The notes below the pieces were generated by a model. It was not told the DNA's origin. It saw only the letters and a program-made list of their open reading frames with translations, and did no database searches. A stretch of DNA of 64,000 bases, taken from assembly GCA_044226625.1 (NCBI GenBank), contig JBGAGQ010000002.1:160001-224000 (forward strand). The letters are read 5' to 3'. Origin of the DNA: Thermoanaerobaculia bacterium (GTDB lineage: Bacteria > Acidobacteriota > Thermoanaerobaculia > Multivoradales > UBA5704). Below are positions 1 through 9,538 of the stretch, piece by piece (within the stretch, counting starts at the first letter, position 1; the number at the start of each line of letters is the position of its first letter). The position numbers and the translations under genes were made by a program.

Positions 1-1088
1 AGAAAAATGCCGACGGCGGTCAGGATCAGGTTCGGGCTCCACATGGCGACCCAGCCCGGGATCCGGCCGTAACGTGCGGCCTCCTCGCCGTTGAACAGCA
101 GGATGTAATAGAAGGCGAGGACGGCGATCGACATCGCGAAGCCGGAGCCCTTCCCGCCGCGCCGGTTGTTGATCCCCAGCGGCAACGCGATAAAGGCGAA
201 CGCCAGGCACGCCGCGGGAATCGAGAACTTCTTGTGGGTCTCGACCCGAGCGAGATTCCGCTGTTCGTCCGCGGCGCTCCGATCGCGGGCGAGGCGGGAC
301 AGCTCTTTGAGCGTCAGCTCCCGGACCCCCTTCGAGACCGCCCATTTGGCCCGCTGGTTGGTCATGAACTGGTCTTCCAGGATCAGCTCGAGCTTCTTGT
401 TCCGGCTTACCTCGAAGCGGGTAGGGGAGGACAGGTTTACTTTCTGCCGCGTGGCGTTGGTGAGCTCCAGCACGACCCGCTCGCCCTGCTGGTCGACCTT
501 CACCTCACCCCACTCGGCGGTCGTCACCTGGTTGTCTTCGGAGCCCGAGCCGGCTTCGGCGATGAAGACCCCTTTCCATCTCGATTCGTTCGCCGGAGCC
601 TCGAAGACATAGAGGACCTTGCCTTGCCAGTCCTCGGAGAAGATCCGCGGCTGCACCTGCTGGGACACGCTCCGGGTCAGGATCTCGAGGCGGATCTGTT
701 GGAGCGAGTGGTTGCCCCAAGGCAAGGCGTAGATCATCAGCACGATGTTGATTGCCGTGAGCAGGCCCGCGAGCGTGAGAATCGGTCGGTAAAGTCGGGA
801 CAGGCCGATGCCGCTCGCCCGAATCGCCACGAGCTCGCTGTCCGATGCCAGGCGGCCGACCGCGATCAAGATCCCGAAAAGGAGCGACATCGGGATCGTA
901 AGCACGACGATGTTCGGCAGGGTCACGAGCAACAGCTCGCCAACCGTCGACCAAGGGAGGCCGCGCCGGATGATCATGTCCGCGGACTGGAACAGGAACC
1001 GGAGCAGAAGGATGAACGTGTAGACTAGAAAACCGAGGACGAGAGGCCCGAGGATTTCCCTCAGAACGTAGCGATCGAGGCGGCGCAC
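1..1088 (-). CDS. lptF: LPS export ABC transporter permease LptF (LptF/LptG family), runs off the left edge
   Basis: Manual translation from GTG 1088 (or ATG 1097): MRRLDRYVLREILGPLVLGFLVYTFILL...IPMSLLFGILIAVGRLASDSELVAIRASGIG, the typical LptF/G N-terminus. No stop before position 1. Confidence 0.85.
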   Translation of the reverse strand, partial: MRRLDRYVLREILGPLVLGFLVYTFILLLRFLFQSADMIIRRGLPWSTVGELLLVTLPNIVVLTIPMSLLFGILIAVGRLASDSELVAIRASGIGLSRLYRPILTLAGLLTAINIVLMIYALPWGNHSLQQIRLEILTRSVSQQVQPRIFSEDWQGKVLYVFEAPANESRWKGVFIAEAGSGSEDNQVTTAEWGEVKVDQQGERVVLELTNATRQKVNLSSPTRFEVSRNKKLELILEDQFMTNQRAKWAVSKGVRELTLKELSRLARDRSAADEQRNLARVETHKKFSIPAACLAFAFIALPLGINNRRGGKGSGFAMSIAVLAFYYILLFNGEEAARYGRIPGWVAMWSPNLILTAVGIF

Positions 1089-1234
1089 GCCGGGCATTAT
1101 ACGGGCTCGATGGGACCGAAGGTGGCCTCGCGCCGTCTCGCTGTGATGCTCCCGAGACGACCGGGCTCACAGAATCGTTCCCAGCGCGCGCCCTACCGAT
1201 CTCGCCAGCAACCAACAAGGAGGTTCCTCCCGCG

Positions 1235-1654
1235 ATGGCCATCCGTCTCGAACGACGCTTCCGTTTCAGCGCGAGCCACCTTTATCGCCGCCCCGATTGG
1301 TCCGAGGAGGAAAACCGCGAGCGTTTCGGTAAGTGCGCGAACCTCCCGGGACACGGCCACAACTACAAGCTCTACGTCACGGTTGAGGGGCCGGTCGACC
1401 CGCGGTCCGGTTTCGTGCTTGATCTCGGCGCGCTCGACCGGGTCGTCCAGAAGACGGTGGTGGACGTCCTGGACCACCAACACCTGAACTTCGCGCTGCC
1501 GGAGTTCGGCGAAGGAGGGGAGATTCCTTCCAGTGAGAACTTGCTCTTGTGGATCTCACGGAGACTCGAGGTCGAGATTCCGTCGGGAGCGATTCTCGCG
1601 AGACTACGTCTGGAGGAAGACGAGGATCTCGCCGCGGAATGGGAACCCTCCTGA
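1235..1654 (+). CDS. queD: 6-carboxytetrahydropterin / 6-pyruvoyl-tetrahydropterin synthase
   Basis: FSASH, CANLPGHGHNY, LDHQHLN and PSSENL motifs; AGGAGG RBS upstream. Confidence 0.85.
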   Translation: MAIRLERRFRFSASHLYRRPDWSEEENRERFGKCANLPGHGHNYKLYVTVEGPVDPRSGFVLDLGALDRVVQKTVVDVLDHQHLNFALPEFGEGGEIPSSENLLLWISRRLEVEIPSGAILARLRLEEDEDLAAEWEPS

Positions 1655-1720
1655 GCCAACCAACGCGCAGAGACAATCATCCGGATCCGATTCGGGCCAG
1701 CGATCACTTACCGCGATGCA

Positions 1721-1748
1721 GGTTCACATAATCGATCTTATCGGGATA
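1721..1748 (-). other. candidate dif (XerC/XerD) recombination site
   Basis: Minus strand TATCCCGATAA-GATCGA-TTATGTGAACC: 11-6-11 layout with inner ATAA/TTAT and a XerD-like TTATGTnAAn arm, in an AT-rich intergenic patch between convergent genes. Confidence 0.7.
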
Positions 1749-1990
1749 AATACTGCGGGTGATTGCCGGCCGCTAGGCGACGCGTCTTCGGGTCTAGCCG
1801 AAGGTCGCCCAACGTTCAGTCCACTGAGTCCACGCGCTGCCGTTCTAGGATTCGGAACTCGGCGAATACCGTCCTGCCCACTTCGCCTCTGCCGGCCGGC
1901 CATCTGACAGCCGATCGGGGCCGGCCCTTAGCTGGGTACCTTGCCGGGCCCCGGAGTGGACAAACCGCCGACGCTCCTTGCGGAGCGCCG

Positions 1991-2869
1991 CTAACTTTTC
2001 TTCTGGGTGTTTCGAAGATCGACCAGGATCTGTTCCAGAGCCCGAATCAGATCCCCGCGTTCGACTTCGGACTGGCGGAACGTCAAGGCGAGACTGAACG
2101 TCTTGTCCGGCGCGCGGAACTTGAAGATGTATGGCTTTCTCCGAGATGGCCGCCCTTTTTCCTTCCGCAGGCGCCGACGCAGGTCGTCACGGCTGAGACC
2201 CTGCCGAGAGACCTGCTCGAGCATCTGGATCATCTCGGCCTCATCGCCGGCCTTCAGCACTTCGAGCAGGAGCGACTTTGACTGAATCCCAAGGGCTTGG
2301 ACGGTATCGCGGACGCTCGCCGGCATTTGGAGGAGCGAGAGACTCTCTGTGATTACCGTTCGAGACTTCCCGACCGCCTCCGAGATCTCTTCGTGGGTGT
2401 AGTCGTGCAGCTCGGCCAAGGCCCGATAGCCTTCGGCTTCTTCAAACGGCGTGAGGTCCTTCCGCTGGAGATTCTCGATGAGGGCGATCTCGAGAGCCTC
2501 ATCCTCGGAGACGTCCATCTCGATAATCGGGACCTCGTAGAGGCCGGCCTGTTGGGCCGCGCGGTAGCGCCGTTCCCCCGAAATGATCCGGTACAGCGGA
2601 CCGTTCGGTGCATCGAGTGCCGCGCTCCGGCGAGGACGGACGAGGATCGGCTCGAGGACCCCTTTTTCCCGGATCGAAGCCGCCAAGTCATCGAGATCGC
2701 CCATGACCGAGCGGGGCTGTTTCGGATCCGTCTCGATCGCAGACAAGGGGGCCATCTTCCCCACCGGCGTTTCGTGACGAACCGCGAGCTCCTCCACGAA
2801 GTGGGTGTCGTGGCGCATCTTCACCCGCAGAGGTAGGCCGCGTTTCCGATCGGTTACAGGCTCAGACAC
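1991..2869 (-). CDS. parB: ParB/Spo0J family partition protein
   Basis: GVLEPILVR, ISGERRYRAA (GxRR box), ENLQRKDLTPFEEA, then an HTH. Confidence 0.9.
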   Translation of the reverse strand: MSEPVTDRKRGLPLRVKMRHDTHFVEELAVRHETPVGKMAPLSAIETDPKQPRSVMGDLDDLAASIREKGVLEPILVRPRRSAALDAPNGPLYRIISGERRYRAAQQAGLYEVPIIEMDVSEDEALEIALIENLQRKDLTPFEEAEGYRALAELHDYTHEEISEAVGKSRTVITESLSLLQMPASVRDTVQALGIQSKSLLLEVLKAGDEAEMIQMLEQVSRQGLSRDDLRRRLRKEKGRPSRRKPYIFKFRAPDKTFSLALTFRQSEVERGDLIRALEQILVDLRNTQKKS

Positions 2870-3620
2870 GACTCAAGACCTCCTCGGAAAGGCGGTAGTA
2901 CTCGTAGGCCCCCGTCGACTTGGGAGCGAACGTGAAGATCGATTCGCGGTAGGCGGGACTCTCCTCCAGCCTTACGCTTTTGGTGATGACGGTCTCGAAC
3001 ACCTTGAGACCGAACACTCGCTGGATCTGCTCGTGGATGTCCTTTGCGAGCAGGGTTCGCTTGTCGTAGAGCGTGATGAGCGCTCCTAGGATCTGCAGCT
3101 CCGGGTTCGCCCGTTGCTTGATCTTGTCGATCGTTTCGAGCAAGTCATCCGTTCCCTCGAGGGCGAAGTAGCTCGCTTGGATCGGCACCAGTACGTGCGT
3201 TGCGGCCACCAACGCGTTGACAGTGATGATGCCTAGGGTGGGCGGCGTGTCGATGATCATGTACTCGTATTGGTCCTGCACCTTCTGCAGCTTGTCTTTC
3301 AGCCGGTAGTGCCCGTCAATCTCGCCGATCAGCTTCGCTTCGATCTTCGCGAGAGAGATCGCCGATGGAGCCAGCATCAGGTTCGGAATTCGGTCCGCCG
3401 GGCGGACGATGTCCTGAATTTCCCGGTTCGGCTCGGTGAGGACGTCGTAGATCGTTCCCTCGAGGCCATGGACATCGAGGAAGGACATCGAGCTGTTCGC
3501 TTGGGGATCGAGGTCGACGAGCAGGGTGCGCAAGCCCTTGGATGCCAAGGCCGCGGCGAGATTGATGGCGGTGGTCGTCTTTCCGACGCCACCCTTCTGA
3601 TTGGTTATAGCTAGGATCAT
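2862..3620 (-). CDS. parA: ParA/Soj family ATPase
   Basis: Deviant Walker A NQKGGVGKTTT, DLDPQAN, IIDTPP; overlaps the parB start. Confidence 0.93.
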   Translation of the reverse strand: MILAITNQKGGVGKTTTAINLAAALASKGLRTLLVDLDPQANSSMSFLDVHGLEGTIYDVLTEPNREIQDIVRPADRIPNLMLAPSAISLAKIEAKLIGEIDGHYRLKDKLQKVQDQYEYMIIDTPPTLGIITVNALVAATHVLVPIQASYFALEGTDDLLETIDKIKQRANPELQILGALITLYDKRTLLAKDIHEQIQRVFGLKVFETVITKSVRLEESPAYRESIFTFAPKSTGAYEYYRLSEEVLSRV

Positions 3621-3628
3621 CGCGGCGC

Positions 3629-3657
3629 AGTGTATGGGCTGGGATAGACAGGGTCAA
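3629..3657 (-). promoter_or_regulatory. sigma70 promoter of parAB (leaderless or near-leaderless)
   Basis: TTGACC-17-TACACT, then 8 nt to the ATG; no SD. Confidence 0.65.
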
Positions 3658-3742
3658 GCTCTCCTCCCGTCTCCCCCACTGCTCCATGTCGGCGCGCCGA
3701 CAATCCATCTAAACGATTGAAAATCAGTGGGTTGGCCGCAGT

Positions 3743-4258
3743 TTACATGGTGTAGCGACCGGGCTCGTTCGGGTTCATCTCCTCAAGGATTCGTCGTATC
3801 CGTTCGGCGTCCTCTTCGGGGTTCTGACTGGCTGCCACCACCTGGGCTTGGTCGAGGACGGATTGCCGCACGAAGATGGGTGCCTCAGCCCGAAGTGCCA
3901 GGGCGATGGCATCGCTCGGACGGGCGTCGACGATTCGGGGGGACTCCGCCGAGCCGATGTGAATCTCCGCGATGAACGTCCCTTCGCGTAGGTCGCTCAC
4001 GACGATGCGGTTCACTTTCGCTCCGAGCTGCTCGCAAACCCTTAGGAGGAGATCGTGCGTCAGAGGACGCGGCGTTTCCATTCCCTCCAACCGCAAAGCG
4101 ATCGCTTGCGCTTCCGCGGCACCGATCCAGATCGGCAGGAAGAGCGTGCGATCGAGATCGCGAAGGATGACGATGGGCACGTTCGAGGAAGCATCGAGCA
4201 TCAGCCCCGTGACGATCATCGGAACGGGATCGGGCCGGGCGTCGTCGTTCTCGCTCAT
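3743..4258 (-). CDS. bifunctional nuclease family protein (DUF151)
   Basis: LPIWIGAAEAQAI, PRPLTHDLL, DARPSDAIALA motifs. Confidence 0.9.
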   Translation of the reverse strand: MSENDDARPDPVPMIVTGLMLDASSNVPIVILRDLDRTLFLPIWIGAAEAQAIALRLEGMETPRPLTHDLLLRVCEQLGAKVNRIVVSDLREGTFIAEIHIGSAESPRIVDARPSDAIALALRAEAPIFVRQSVLDQAQVVAASQNPEEDAERIRRILEEMNPNEPGRYTM

Positions 4259-4264
4259 GATTCG

Positions 4265-4293
4265 ATTGTGGGCGCGTCGAAAGAGCAGGTCAA
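4265..4293 (-). promoter_or_regulatory. sigma70 promoter of the DUF151 gene (leaderless)
   Basis: TTGACC-17-CACAAT, then 6 nt to the ATG. Confidence 0.55.
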
Positions 4294-4360
4294 GCCCGGG
4301 CCTGGGAAGGCCCGGTGCTCTTTATCCACGGAAGAATGAAGGAATGGGAAGCGCGGAAAA

Positions 4361-5701
4361 CTACGCGGCGGCGTCGACGAGGCGGCGCGCGGTCAGGCTG
4401 TGGGGAAAGGCGGTTTCGATCTCGACCCAGGTCGTCTGGCCGAGCGGTACCGGAGAGCTCGCGGTCGGAAAGTGGACGATCCGATGGCACGAGGTTCGGC
4501 CCGTCTGCGTGCCCGGCGTCTTTCCCCAGCCGGTCACCAGGATTTCGAATCGGCGGCCGACGAGCTCCTGGTTGAGCTCCCGCTGGATGCGATCCTGTAC
4601 TGCGAAGAGGCGCTGCAAGCGCTCGTTCGCGACGGCGGGATCGACCTTGCCGTCGAGGCGCGGCGCCGCCGTTCCGGGACGCTCCGAGTAGCAGAACGCG
4701 AACACCACGGCAAAGCGGACCTCCTCGACGAGCCGGACGGTCTCAGCGAAGTCTTCCTCGGTCTCTCCGGGAAACCCGACGATGATGTCGGTGGAAAGCG
4801 CGAGATCCTCGCGTGCCGCGCGGAGCTGGCGAACCAGGCCCATGTAGTCCGCGCGGGTATAGCCCCTTCCCATGCGCTTGAGCAGGCGGTCGCTCCCCGA
4901 TTGCACGGGCAGGTGGAGATAGGGACAGATGTTCGGATGGCGCCCGATCTGCTCGACCATCCGCGGTGAGAAATCGCGCGGGTACGAGGTCACGAACCGC
5001 AAGCGCTCCACGCCTGGTTCGGTTGCCACGGCGCCAAGTAGATCCGCGAAATCCTGGCCGCTCTCCGGATCGCGCCAGTGATTTACCGTCTGGCCGAGCA
5101 ACTCGATCTCCCGAAAGCCGAAGTCGATCAGATGGCGAACCTCGGCGAGGATCTCCGGTATGCGCCGGCTGCGTTCGGGCCCTCGCGTTTTCGGGACGAC
5201 GCAGAAAGTGCAGGTCTTGTTACATCCCTCGATGATCGTCACCATCCCTTTGTACTCACCCTGGCGAGAGATGGCATCGAACTCATACGGACGGTCCGCC
5301 GGGAATCCCGTGGCGACCGTCCGCTCCCCCGACCGCGCGGCGGAGACGAGCGCGTTGATCTCGGAGACGCGAGCGGGGCCCATGACGAAATCGAGATCCG
5401 CAACCCGCTTGAGCGCCCGCTCGCCCTCCTGCTGAGCGACGCAGCCACACAAACCGATCACCAGCTCGGATCGCTCCTTCTTGAGCAGCCGATACTCGCC
5501 AAGCCGGGAGTACACCTTCTGCTCCGCCTTCTCACGTACGCTGCACGAGTTGAGAAGGATGACGTCGGCGTCTTCCGGCCGGCGCGTCGGGAGCACACCT
5601 TGTTGCATCAATTGTCCGACCATGCGTTGGCTGTCCAGCTCGTTCATCTGACAACCCCAGGTCTCAACGAAGACCCGTCGCGGCGATCCTTCACTCATCA
5701 C
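4361..5701 (-). CDS. miaB: tRNA-2-methylthio-N6-dimethylallyladenosine synthase MiaB
   Basis: TWGCQMN, NSCSVREKAE, radical SAM CNKTCTFC, DIIVGFPGETEEDF, C-terminal TRAM domain. Confidence 0.95.
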   Translation of the reverse strand: MMSEGSPRRVFVETWGCQMNELDSQRMVGQLMQQGVLPTRRPEDADVILLNSCSVREKAEQKVYSRLGEYRLLKKERSELVIGLCGCVAQQEGERALKRVADLDFVMGPARVSEINALVSAARSGERTVATGFPADRPYEFDAISRQGEYKGMVTIIEGCNKTCTFCVVPKTRGPERSRRIPEILAEVRHLIDFGFREIELLGQTVNHWRDPESGQDFADLLGAVATEPGVERLRFVTSYPRDFSPRMVEQIGRHPNICPYLHLPVQSGSDRLLKRMGRGYTRADYMGLVRQLRAAREDLALSTDIIVGFPGETEEDFAETVRLVEEVRFAVVFAFCYSERPGTAAPRLDGKVDPAVANERLQRLFAVQDRIQRELNQELVGRRFEILVTGWGKTPGTQTGRTSCHRIVHFPTASSPVPLGQTTWVEIETAFPHSLTARRLVDAAA

Positions 5702-6549
5702 ATCTCATCCTTTGGTTTAAGTTCCGGCGGTTCGATCGCCTCGGCGGTGGTCTTCGGCGGAGCGGGCGGTTCTGGCTCAAGCTCTGCGCCCTCGCGCAAC
5801 CAACCGGGCAAGGCCCCTGCACGGCGCCCTTCTTCGAGGAGGTCGTCGAGCTCTTTCTTCGCCGCGTCCGCCCGTTCTTTTGTGAGCCGCAACCGGTCGA
5901 GCGTCCGGTCCCAGCTCGGCTTGATCTCGCCATCCCGGCGGAAGGGATCGGCCTCGGCGTAGAATTTCCTCCGTAGGTCGGCCGCCTGCCGCTCCAAGGT
6001 CACACCTTCGTCGAGCGCATCACGCCACCGCTGGCGAATCGTGCGGGCTCGCCCGCGCCAGTAGCGCTCCTGTTCGAGGGTGGTTGCGTCCGGCGTTTCG
6101 GTCTTCTCCGCCGTTTTCAACTTCGACAAGTCGGCAAAAGTGATCTGCCCCTTCTTCGCAAGGCGGGGCAGATTCTCGTCGGTGATGACCGCCACCGGTT
6201 TGCCGGCTTGGGCTTTCCTCTCTTTCTCCCGCTTCGAGGCTTCGACCAGAGAGGGAGGTCGGTCGGAGTCCGGCTCCCCGGGGTCGATGACGATCAGGGT
6301 CCCATTCCCCGCGGGAGTCGGCGGTTGTGCCGCTTCAGGCGCCTGAGTTTGGTTTGCCGAACCGGGGGGCGCCGGTTCGGCGGTCGATGTCTCCGGGCTG
6401 TTCGGCTTCTTTGCAGCAGTTTGTGGCGGGGGGAGCTTCGGGGTACAAGCGGCGGTCCCTACGAGGGCGAGACCGACCCAACCGAGGACGAGCGAGGCGC
6501 GGGGCGTCGTGCCGAATCGACGTCGTAGGGAGCGGTCAAGTGCGGCCAT
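5698..6549 (-). CDS. hypothetical lipoprotein (Pro-rich linker, helical/coiled-coil C-terminus)
   Basis: Hydrophobic stretch ending in TAAC lipobox; overlaps both neighbours in the operon; start placed at MAALDR. Confidence 0.6.
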   Translation of the reverse strand: MAALDRSLRRRFGTTPRASLVLGWVGLALVGTAACTPKLPPPQTAAKKPNSPETSTAEPAPPGSANQTQAPEAAQPPTPAGNGTLIVIDPGEPDSDRPPSLVEASKREKERKAQAGKPVAVITDENLPRLAKKGQITFADLSKLKTAEKTETPDATTLEQERYWRGRARTIRQRWRDALDEGVTLERQAADLRRKFYAEADPFRRDGEIKPSWDRTLDRLRLTKERADAAKKELDDLLEEGRRAGALPGWLREGAELEPEPPAPPKTTAEAIEPPELKPKDEM

Positions 6550-6889
6550 AGCGATCTTCGAGGCGGATGACATCGTCGAGCTCCGGCGAGGAGACCTCGA
6601 TGATGTCGCACCCGGAAGCACCCGCCACCATCCGATGCTTGGTAAAGGGCGTGATCCGGTACGAGTCACCGGCGCGCAGGATCACCGAGACCATCTCGCC
6701 GTTTTCTTCAACCTGGAGCTCCACCTCACCGTCGCGGAGGAATAGCGTCTCGTCCTTCTTCTCGTGGTACTGGAGCGAGAGGGCATGCCCGGCGTCGACG
6801 TGCAGGATCTTGCCCACGTAGCGGTCGGTATGCGCGAAGATCAACTCGTAACCCCAGGGTTTATCGACACGGCGAATGGACTGTTGCAT
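6536..6889 (-). CDS. cupin domain protein (mannose-6-phosphate isomerase-like)
   Basis: VDKPWGYE, LSLQYHEKKDE, HRM, DDVIRLEDRYGR motifs. Confidence 0.85.
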   Translation of the reverse strand: MQQSIRRVDKPWGYELIFAHTDRYVGKILHVDAGHALSLQYHEKKDETLFLRDGEVELQVEENGEMVSVILRAGDSYRITPFTKHRMVAGASGCDIIEVSSPELDDVIRLEDRYGRT

Positions 6890-6915
6890 GAGAACTCCAG
6901 TTTCAGTTTCGGAAG

Positions 6916-8694
6916 TTAGCCGTTCCGTTCCACGGCAGCGGCGATTTCGACGAGGGAGCGGTCGACCCGTTCATCGATCTCCCTCGCGGTGCGTAGGTCG
7001 AGGCAACCCAAAGCTACCTCGCTGAGCTGGCGGGAGTCGAGCGCTCGGATCCAGGTTTTGATCTTGGGGACCAGCCGCGGGCTCACCGAGAGCCGTCTCA
7101 GGCCAAGACCCACGAGGACCGAGGCGAACCGAGGATCGGCGCCCATCTCACCGCAAAGGCTGACCTCGATCCCCGCCTTGGCGGCGTTCGCGATGACGAA
7201 GCGTAGCATGCGCAAGATCGCGGGATGGAGGGGCTGGTAGAGAGGCGCCACGTGCTCGTTGTTGCGATCGACGGCGAGCGAGTACTGGATCAGGTCGTTC
7301 GTGCCGATCGAGAAGAAATCCACCTCGGTGGCGAGAGCGTCCGAAATCATGGCGGCGGCGGGAACCTCGATCATCGAGCCCAGCTTGACGTCACGTCGGA
7401 AAGGCACGCCGTCGCGCTCGAGCTCCGCCATCACCTCGGCGGAGTACGCGCGGAACTCGCGAATCTCCTCTAGGGTCGAAACCATCGGAAGCATGATCCA
7501 GAGCTCGCCGTGAAGTGCCGCGCGGAACAAGCCGCGAAGCTGGGGCCGGAACACCTCGCGCCGGGCGAGCGTCAAGCGAATACCTCGCAGGCCGAGCACC
7601 GGATTCTCTTCGCGAGTGTCCATCATTTCCCGCGCCAGCTTCCGGCCTCCCAGGTCGTACGTCCGGATGATCGCCGGATGAGGCGCCGCGGTCTCGACGA
7701 TCCTCCGATAGAGCTCGAAGTGCTCTTCCTCGGTCGGCTGTTCCGGACTCTTCTCGATGTAGAGGAACTCACTGCGATACAGGCCCACCCCTTCGGCACC
7801 GAAACGAACCGCTTCGTCGACCTCTTCGGGGAGGTCGATGTTCGCCATCAGATGGACGCGCACGTTGTCCCGCGTGACCGTCGCGAGGTCGCGCGTCTTG
7901 AGGAGCGACTCCTCTTTCCGTTCGAGCTCGCCCCGGCGGCGGCGGTACTCCACCAGCACTTCGGGAGTCGGATGAGCGATCAGGACGCCGGCGTCGCCGT
8001 CGAGGATGACCTGCGCGGCGTCGGTGATCCGTTCGCCGAGTCCTTCGAGGCCGACGATCGCCGGCAGGTGCAGCGAGCGGGCGATGATCGTCGTATGCGA
8101 AGTCCGCCCACCGGTCTCGATGGCGAACCCCATCACGCGTTTGCGCCCAAGTCGGACGGCGTCGGAGGGAGTGAGGTCGTCGGCGATGATGATCAGATCG
8201 TCCTCGATCTCGGACAGCTCGTGATGCGAGATTCCTTGAAGCGCCCGCAGCACGTGCCGGGAAACGTCGGTGACGTCCTCGCTCCGTTCCCGCAGATAGC
8301 TGTCGTCCAGATGAGCGAATTGTTCGTCGATCTCCTCGGCGATCTTCGAAACCGCCCATTCGGCGTTGACGTGCCGGTCGCGGATCCGGTCGACCACTCG
8401 GCCCAAGAAGCCGGAATCGTTGAGCAGGAGGACGTGGGCGTCAAAGATCGCCGCCAGCTCATCCCCGACCTTCTCGCTCGCCCGAGCGCGAGTCTTCTCG
8501 AGGTCCGCCTGAGCTTGCCGCACCGCGGCGTGAAAGCGTTCGACTTCCGCCTCGATTTCGTCCGGCGGGATCGGCAACCGAAATACTTCACCCACGCGAG
8601 TCGAGATCGACACCGCGCGACCGATCGCGATCCCAGCCGAAACGCCCATCCCGCGGACCTCGATCATCTCCATCTTTTCAACGACTTCTTCCAC
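6916..8694 (-). CDS. ptsI: PTS enzyme I (PEP-protein phosphotransferase)
   Basis: GGRTSH phospho-His, GVGLYRSEF, ENPVLGLRGIR, DFFSIGTNDL, CGEMG. Confidence 0.95.
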   Translation of the reverse strand: MEEVVEKMEMIEVRGMGVSAGIAIGRAVSISTRVGEVFRLPIPPDEIEAEVERFHAAVRQAQADLEKTRARASEKVGDELAAIFDAHVLLLNDSGFLGRVVDRIRDRHVNAEWAVSKIAEEIDEQFAHLDDSYLRERSEDVTDVSRHVLRALQGISHHELSEIEDDLIIIADDLTPSDAVRLGRKRVMGFAIETGGRTSHTTIIARSLHLPAIVGLEGLGERITDAAQVILDGDAGVLIAHPTPEVLVEYRRRRGELERKEESLLKTRDLATVTRDNVRVHLMANIDLPEEVDEAVRFGAEGVGLYRSEFLYIEKSPEQPTEEEHFELYRRIVETAAPHPAIIRTYDLGGRKLAREMMDTREENPVLGLRGIRLTLARREVFRPQLRGLFRAALHGELWIMLPMVSTLEEIREFRAYSAEVMAELERDGVPFRRDVKLGSMIEVPAAAMISDALATEVDFFSIGTNDLIQYSLAVDRNNEHVAPLYQPLHPAILRMLRFVIANAAKAGIEVSLCGEMGADPRFASVLVGLGLRRLSVSPRLVPKIKTWIRALDSRQLSEVALGCLDLRTAREIDERVDRSLVEIAAAVERNG

Positions 8695-8963
8695 TAAGAC
8701 TCCTCGCCGAAACGGGCCGCGAACAGATGCGCGACCGCCTTCAGGGCTTCAATTTCGTCTTCTCCTTCCGTCCGCACGGTCAAGGTCGACCCCTGTGCGG
8801 CCGCGAGCAGGAGGATTCCCAAGATGCTCTTGCCGTCGATCTCCTCACCCTCACGGATCAGGGTCACCCGGCTCTTGTAGCCGCTCGTGGTCTGCACCAG
8901 CTTGGCGGCAGCCCGGGCATGTAGCCCCAGGCGGTTTATGATCTCAAGGGTTTGCTCAATCAT
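8694..8963 (-). CDS. ptsH: phosphocarrier protein HPr
   Basis: GLHARAA (His15) and DGKSILGILLL (Ser46). Confidence 0.93.
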   Translation of the reverse strand: MIEQTLEIINRLGLHARAAAKLVQTTSGYKSRVTLIREGEEIDGKSILGILLLAAAQGSTLTVRTEGEDEIEALKAVAHLFAARFGEES

Positions 8964-9423
8964 CCGAACAGATGCTCCCCCGCCCACGGTTCCCTCCCGC
9001 CATTCCACACTCTCCGCCGGACGACTTGGGGACGCAATCGCTTCCCAGCCGAACGCTCTCTACCACCTTGCTCTTGAGCCAACGCGCGAGATCGCCGAGC
9101 GTCATCGCTTCCGTACCCGGACAACCGAGCCGGACGATCATCGGGAGGTTGAGCCCGCTCAGGACCTCGACCCGGTCGGGCGCTAGCTGGGACATGGCGA
9201 TCCGCGCGGGCGTGCCACCGAAGAGGTCGGTGAGGACGAGAACGCCGTCGCCTCGATCGGCTCCCGCGATCGCGGAACGCAACCGGTCGGAAGAGCGAAC
9301 GGGATCCTCGTCCCATCCGAGCGCGACTTCCTCGACGTCCGCCGGGTGGCCCAGGATTTTCTCGGCGGCAACCAGGAGCGCGCGCGCCCACTCCCCTTGC
9401 GTGACGATCAATCTTCCTACCAT
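8956..9423 (-). CDS. PTS mannose/fructose-type IIA component
   Basis: DGVLVLTDLFGGTP and GLNLPM motifs. The N-terminal motif reads VTQG instead of the usual xHG, so the phospho-His appears absent. Confidence 0.8.
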   Translation of the reverse strand: MVGRLIVTQGEWARALLVAAEKILGHPADVEEVALGWDEDPVRSSDRLRSAIAGADRGDGVLVLTDLFGGTPARIAMSQLAPDRVEVLSGLNLPMIVRLGCPGTEAMTLGDLARWLKSKVVESVRLGSDCVPKSSGGECGMAGGNRGRGSICSDD

Positions 9424-9538
9424 GGGAAGGCCTCTATCTGCCAGCGTCTCGCCTCCGGTCCGCCGGTTCTTTCACTGAGGTCCGGCGCCGCGGCCGACTG
9501 GGAACGCTTCGATCGGGCCGGCGATTCGCCGGCTCGCG

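Noticed and set aside
4322-4330. oriC near parAB (TTATCCACG)
   Set aside because: Single mismatched DnaA box; no box cluster, AT-rich unwinding element or dnaA/dnaN.
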